From NCBI GenBank assembly GCA_963825865.1, contig CAWGVG010000029.1, forward strand, positions 32,001-96,000: a stretch of 64,000 nt of DNA. The letters run 5' to 3'. Position 1 is the stretch's first letter; each line of letters opens with the position of its first letter. The notes under the pieces were generated by a model. The model made no database searches, was not told the DNA's origin, and worked only from the letters and a program-made list of their open reading frames with translations. The position numbers and the translations under genes were made by a program. This DNA comes from an uncultured Nitrososphaeraceae archaeon (GTDB lineage: Archaea; Thermoproteota; Nitrososphaeria; Nitrososphaerales; Nitrososphaeraceae). This document shows, one piece after another, positions 56,482 to 64,000 of the stretch.

Positions 56482-57250
56482 CTATACTACCTTCATGCCG
56501 TCTAACATAGTTGTGAAAATCTGATAACCTGATAGTATTGGCGTATCAGCCTTTTTTAGTCCTCTTGTAGTTTTCTCCCTATATCTAACCTCACAATTCA
56601 AACGTTCCATCTTGTTATTATTGTGGTCGCCTTGTAACCTGATAGGTAGTATATGCCTAGTTCTCGGTGTTATGTTTGTGCAAAATTCCTTGTCAAACGA
56701 GTCATTGAAATTCGGCGCTCCATCACTAATCAAAGTGTTAGGTCTTTTGTCTGTTACCTCCCTTCATTTATGAAATATTAGATTTATATTCGCTGTGTAT
56801 TTTGTGTTAGCGATTTGCTGAGCAATCCAAAATCTTGTCTCGTCATCCATTAGAGCATATAGATATTCATGTCATCTTTGACTTTTAGAAATAGCTCGTC
56901 TTTTCTCCATGCATCACCTACGTTTGTTTTAATTTTCTCGATAATTTTCCATTAATCCAACATATTTTTCTAATCCACTTGTAAATAGCAACATGGTTCA
57001 TCTTTACTCCCTGCAATTTCAAAAATTGTTTTACATTACGAAACGATTTTGCCTGTAAAATACAAATGCATTGCAGAGGCTATCATTTATGGAGTAGCAT
57101 GCATTTTCTCGAATCCTAAGTTAATTGTAAAATAATGATTGCATTGTCTGCAATTGTATTTTTGTAAATCAGCGTATTTATTGTGCCTAACACCATCTCT
57201 GACAATATTAAACGATTTACAGAATATACAGCATTGGTTAGTAATAGGTT
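56482..57250 (-). pseudogene. IS6-like DDE transposase remnant with Zn ribbon
   Basis: CIFCKS..DGVRHNK..QKYNCRQC..F; ALMDDETRFWIAQ; ISDGAPNF; NNNKMERLN.EVR.RE; many frameshifts. Confidence 0.8.
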
Positions 57251-57368
57251 CACACAGGGCCGGTAACGGCGTTACTCTGGATTTTATATACGGGTCCTTT
57301 GGATCTGCTTTCAGTAGAATATTTGATGCTGGCCTGCCCATAAGATATTCGTATTATTGATATAATCT

Positions 57369-57790
57369 TCAATTTTGTGAAAAAATTAGTGTCTGGACTA
57401 ATCTACAGTGTTCATGCAGCGGAATTACAAATAGACTGTTAACAAGAGCTAATCCTACGACCATACCTATTATATAGATGTTTGATATGTGAATACGGCC
57501 ATATTTGCCTAAGATGCTTGAGACTAATTCATCTACTTCTTCTTCTTTTGTTGTATCATCTTTGATTCGTTGTACTGTGTTGTTGAAGAGGTTCACATAG
57601 ACCGTATCGTCGATAGTAAGATAGTAGAATATCTTCAGCATCATCCTGTGATGGGTTTTCTTGTGAATCTATATCTTTCTGGGTTATTTCTTGCTGATTC
57701 AGTTACAGACAGAAGTGCGTATCTTAGGAGTACTTTTGCATTTGACAAATACCTACTCACTTTGTTAGAAATTGCGTAAGACGGGGTCGA
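57369..57790 (-). pseudogene. C-terminal fragment related to the HTH/coiled-coil family at 2412..3535
   Basis: LSNAKVLLRYALLSVTESARNNPERY resembles ILTARRHLLKLAVLSIVGSLRKDSRKF. Confidence 0.45.
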
Positions 57791-57859
57791 TACCCTAAGC
57801 TATACTTCTATTGTACCATATCGTATTGACAAAGGGATAACACAGCTAATGACGATTCT

Positions 57860-58725
57860 TTTTAAAGCCTATTTTTCTAAATTTACTTTAATATTCAAAA
57901 TATGTAAGGATGTGTTAGAAGGTTATCTGATAGCAGAGGGCCTTAAGAGGTATCACGAAGATGACTTGAAAAATTGCAATATCTAAGTTTGATATATTTA
58001 TATCCATATCAAGAAGGGCATGCTTTCATGATATAATGAACTGTCAATCCATCCTTTATCAGGTCCTCGAAGATCCAGATAGGTGAGCGCCAGGACTACT
58101 ATAAAGAGCAAATACAGAAATACCAAAAGTCAGAGGTGTTTACTGATTGGGAGCAGTATATGACAGCAATTCCAGTACCTTTCGCTAGATAGCATAAAGA
58201 TATGATTGCACACTGCAAGATGCTGCTGTATGATGGACTTTTGCAATACATCCAAAAAGGTCTGACAAGCTGATAACTTCCTTAAGAACAGCTGTGGATA
58301 ATGAACGAACTCTAGACAAGGAAGCAACATCACATAACGATTCATGCTTTTCGCCTAGCTATGAAGTTTTATAGATTTGAACAGTAGCAGAAGGAGGAAG
58401 CTTGGACACCCAGTAGACAGTAGAATATTGTTTCCGAAAACCCCAGGCAAACAGGTTTCGAGCAAGTACTGTTATTGCAATATATCATACTAACAAAGTG
58501 ATTATACAGCTGACAATAGGTCTATTGAATTACTTTTTAAAGCCTATTTTTTCTAAATTTAGTGAAATTCATCATTAAAGTAAGGATGTGTCGGAAGGGA
58601 TAATGGTAGCAGAGGGTTTTAAGACCCAGCAGGAAGGGGACTTGAAAATGCGATATCTAGATTGGATATATTTATATCCATCTGCACATATCTATATAGA
58701 GCATGTTTTCATTATATAATGGTAA
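57860..58725 (+). repeat. Diverged ~180-bp direct repeat pair (57860-58040 and 58535-58725)
   Basis: Shared TTTTAAAGCCTATTTTT..CTAAATTTA, GTAAGGATGTGT, TAGCAGAGGG, GACTTGAAAA, GATATATTTATATCCAT, GCATG..TTCAT.ATATAATG. Confidence 0.85.
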
Positions 58726-59348
58726 TACGTTCTCGTACAAGATTGAAACGATCGCGTATATACAGTATCATCTAAAAAGATACATTTGATAGATGTCCAG
58801 AAACAGATTTTTGATGCGCTATATAGCGCATCAGCTCATTATAGAAACTGACCTAGATATGGACGAAACACTATGAAACGAATGACTTGATTAGCTATCC
58901 ACATACAGACTAATTTATAAAAGCAGGGCCTAAACCTAGTGTCTTACTAGACATGACCAATGGAGCGTGTTTATCATGAGCCTGGGCAAAATTTTCCTTC
59001 TTGCCTCATCTGTTCGTCATTGCATTCGAGACCTATTTTCTCTATAATATCAAGAAAATTGGCTTGATGGTTATTTTTATGTTGTAGTGTAATTGGTCAT
59101 GCGTAATTGTTAAAGCAACTCATTATCCTCTACCATTTTGTTGCATGTTTAGTTATCAGAGCATTCTTTGCAGTAATATATGCATAACAAACTATTACTA
59201 GCCCATTAATAATAATAATAATAATAATCTAACAATATTTTTTGTTCAAAATAAATTTTTCAAACTACGATAATGAAGAACGCCTTGGTATATAATGACA
59301 TACTTTATAATACTAAAATAAGACTTGGAAGAGGGAAAAGTTAGCACT

Positions 59349-59837
59349 CTAAGGTGAAATCATTGGTAAGATCCAGCTGCTAAAGAAAACTATTGCGATC
59401 GCTTTTATTACTTTGCCAGAGACAATAGCAATAGCAAATGTTCTAAAATTATATTTTTTTGCACCAGCAATCAACGGTATAAAGTCTCCAACTATCGGTA
59501 TCCAAGGAGAAAAAAAGATTATCGCCAAACCATATCTTTCTAATAATAAAAGGCTTCTTTCTTCATGCTCTTTCTTTGGTGTTTTGTATAGTCTTTTTAA
59601 AAACTTATTGCCGCTGTAACCTATGTAATAAGCAATAAATCCCCCAATTATTGAACCGACTATCAAAATAAGAGATACAATAGTTTTGCTATGACCAGAC
59701 AATAACAAGCCTGATATCGTCAATTCTGTCGGAATTGGAATGATTGATGAAAGAAGCCCGTTTATGAAAAGACCGATTAGACCATATTTTACGAAAAGCG
59801 AGTTATGGACTATAGAATCTATTATTTCACCAATCAT
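59349..59837 (-). CDS. YqaA/DedA (VTT domain) membrane protein
   Basis: PIPTE, GSIIGGFIAYYIG, RYG, WIPIVGD, GKVIK. Confidence 0.88.
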   Translation of the reverse strand: MIGEIIDSIVHNSLFVKYGLIGLFINGLLSSIIPIPTELTISGLLLSGHSKTIVSLILIVGSIIGGFIAYYIGYSGNKFLKRLYKTPKKEHEERSLLLLERYGLAIIFFSPWIPIVGDFIPLIAGAKKYNFRTFAIAIVSGKVIKAIAIVFFSSWILPMISP

Positions 59838-60284
59838 TGTTACAACCTAGTTGTTACTGTTTATCTACCTTCATCATTCAAAAACCTTCGAGCAATTAGA
59901 TAGTAGATATAATCCATTCCAAACAAAATACAAATTGCATGCGAATGAATGCGACAATTATATGCGAATGAATGGATAAAGACGTAGCTTGATTACCAAT
60001 ATTAAACAAAGTCCATGATTGCTGTACCAGCACCTATTGTAAGCATAAGCACGCGGCTTGCATTTATAGGCACCTTCCCTTCCTGTTGAAATTGCCTTTT
60101 CTTTTAGATTAAACTCTTCCTTGGTTTGGTGAAAGTTTCTAAAGATGCCCTATCTTGTAGTATAGTATGTGTTGAAATATTTTTTGTATTCACAGCAATA
60201 AATATGCTTTTCGAGTCGCCGACGTCCTCTCTCACAAATGGCTTAAAGTTATGGCATTATTTTTATTTGTATATCTATACAAAC

Positions 60285-60977
60285 CTATCTTGTTATCTTT
60301 GCTCTCAGCAATTCATAAGCTCTACCAGCATCATTATCATTTAATATAAGCACAATTTCATTAGGAGCAAAAAAAGCATTATGTAATGGAATTTGATTAT
60401 TGTAAAGAATGTCTGAAACTAGAGATAACAAATTATAATATGGATTTTGTTGCTCTTGGTGGTCTTTGGAAGAAGGGAATGTAATAGTTATCTTTGAAAG
60501 CCCTTCTTTTATTCTACCATCAAATTTTTTAGAAGCGGTAGAAACAATGTTTCTGATTTCCTCAATGTTCTCTGCAAACAATCGGAGTTGTTTATTTGTC
60601 TGGAAAAGATTGTAACCACTTTCCTTCTCAAGCACTTCATCAAGGATATTTGAAAGCTCGTCAAACTCTTGATCATTAAAATCAACATCAATAATACTGC
60701 CTGTTAATGACATCCTAGCTCCTTCGAATGAATAGTTGATGATCGGTTTTTTTTCTCTTTCTTCTTCTATTAGTGTATCCGTAAATCTTTTGATCGCTAC
60801 CACAATCGTGCCTACGTTAACATTAGAAGAGCCTGTAATTTTTTCAACGTCTGGTTTGATTTTCTGTGCTAAAGCTGTATAATTAGCAATTCCAGATACA
60901 AGGGCTTGAAGATATAGGTTGTTAGAAGATAATACTGTTCTTATAGCTTGAGGAACCGATATCGACCCGCTATACAT
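60285..60977 (-). CDS. ACT-like domain protein (conserved archaeal hypothetical)
   Basis: SVPQAIR..GIANYTALA..I..VVAIKR N-terminus and C-terminal ACT-like fold. Confidence 0.7.
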   Translation of the reverse strand: MYSGSISVPQAIRTVLSSNNLYLQALVSGIANYTALAQKIKPDVEKITGSSNVNVGTIVVAIKRFTDTLIEEEREKKPIINYSFEGARMSLTGSIIDVDFNDQEFDELSNILDEVLEKESGYNLFQTNKQLRLFAENIEEIRNIVSTASKKFDGRIKEGLSKITITFPSSKDHQEQQNPYYNLLSLVSDILYNNQIPLHNAFFAPNEIVLILNDNDAGRAYELLRAKITR

Positions 60978-61071
60978 ATGTGTTATAATTACAAGTAAGT
61001 AATAATAAACTTTTTTAAATGTAAGAAAAATATATATATTGTAGTATTTATTACATATTGTGGGGATATTA

Positions 61072-61613
61072 CATGTGGAAAGATCCATGGTGGAGTTTTA
61101 AAGGAAGTAGGATTTTTGAAGAGATGAATAAAGAATTTGCAGAAGCAGAAGAGATGATGAATAGAATGTTCAGGACAGTGCATGAAATAAGTCCATCTGA
61201 TGTTGCTCGCAAACTCTCCGTATTATTATGGCTACCAAATAACAATGGGTCCTGATGGCAAACCACGCGTCAGAAAATTTGGTAATATAAAGCCATCTGC
61301 TAGAGGTTTGATAGAACAGGCTGGCGTAAGACAACCATTGTTTGATACAGCAATCGATGGAAAGGAAAATACACTTACTATTACTGCAGAGATGCCTGGT
61401 ATCAACAAAGAGGATATTAAAGTTAACATGGCTGACCAATATGTTACAATACATGCCGGGAAAGGGGACAAGAAATATCATACAGATATACCAGTTGATG
61501 TTGAGCTTGACGATACTTCTGCAAAAGCAACCTACTCAAACGGGATATTGGAGCTCAAGATCAAGTTAAAACAAGCTCTAAAATCACATGGTAAGGAAAT
61601 AAAGGTGGAGTGA
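61072..61613 (+). CDS. hsp20: Archaeal Hsp20, frameshifted
   Basis: PYYYGYQITMGPDGKPRVRKFGN, AEMPGINKEDIK, AKATYSNGILE. Confidence 0.92.
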
Positions 61614-61657
61614 AAAAATCACATGCAAAAGACAGTGTAAAAGGCGGTAAGGTAGAA

Positions 61658-63899
<2,242 letters not shown>

Positions 63900-64000
63900 T
63901 TATAAGCATAGAAAGAGGTGTCAAGCTGAATACATATGAAAACAACACTAGCAGTTGTTGCCAGACAGGACTTATCATTAAAACCAATACGCAGTAGAGT

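Overview
AT-rich archaeal chromosomal segment, almost certainly from a soil ammonia-oxidising archaeon (Nitrososphaeraceae-like). Support comes from egsA, a CdvB/ESCRT-III paralog, SepF, an aCPSF1 paralog, thiolase+DUF35, Hsp20+CDC48 and lineage-typical small HTH, RHH and secreted-peptide families. Housekeeping genes are interleaved with accessory DNA rich in gene fragments and insertion sequences: three near-identical IS903-like copies with 8-bp TSDs, an ISL2-like IS with a 3-bp TSD, another IS5-type element with a 9-bp TSD, a host IS carrying a nested insertion, and IS6/SWIM-type remnants. Many conserved genes carry single frameshifts, most likely long-read indel errors, so pseudogene calls are cautious. 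I found no CRISPR array, rRNA or intact tRNA, and no single unmistakable new system. The best leads are: a wHTH + ATP-cone + apparently catalytically dead class III RNR fusion; a decayed integrated replicon (SSB-like gene, inverted 9-bp iteron triplets, MGE-type MCM fragment); a duplicated RHH-FUN14 / secreted Cys-peptide module; a decayed tRNA-like sequence with a CCA anticodon; and a possible group II intron fragment. Family assignments come from motif recognition by eye, not database searches.
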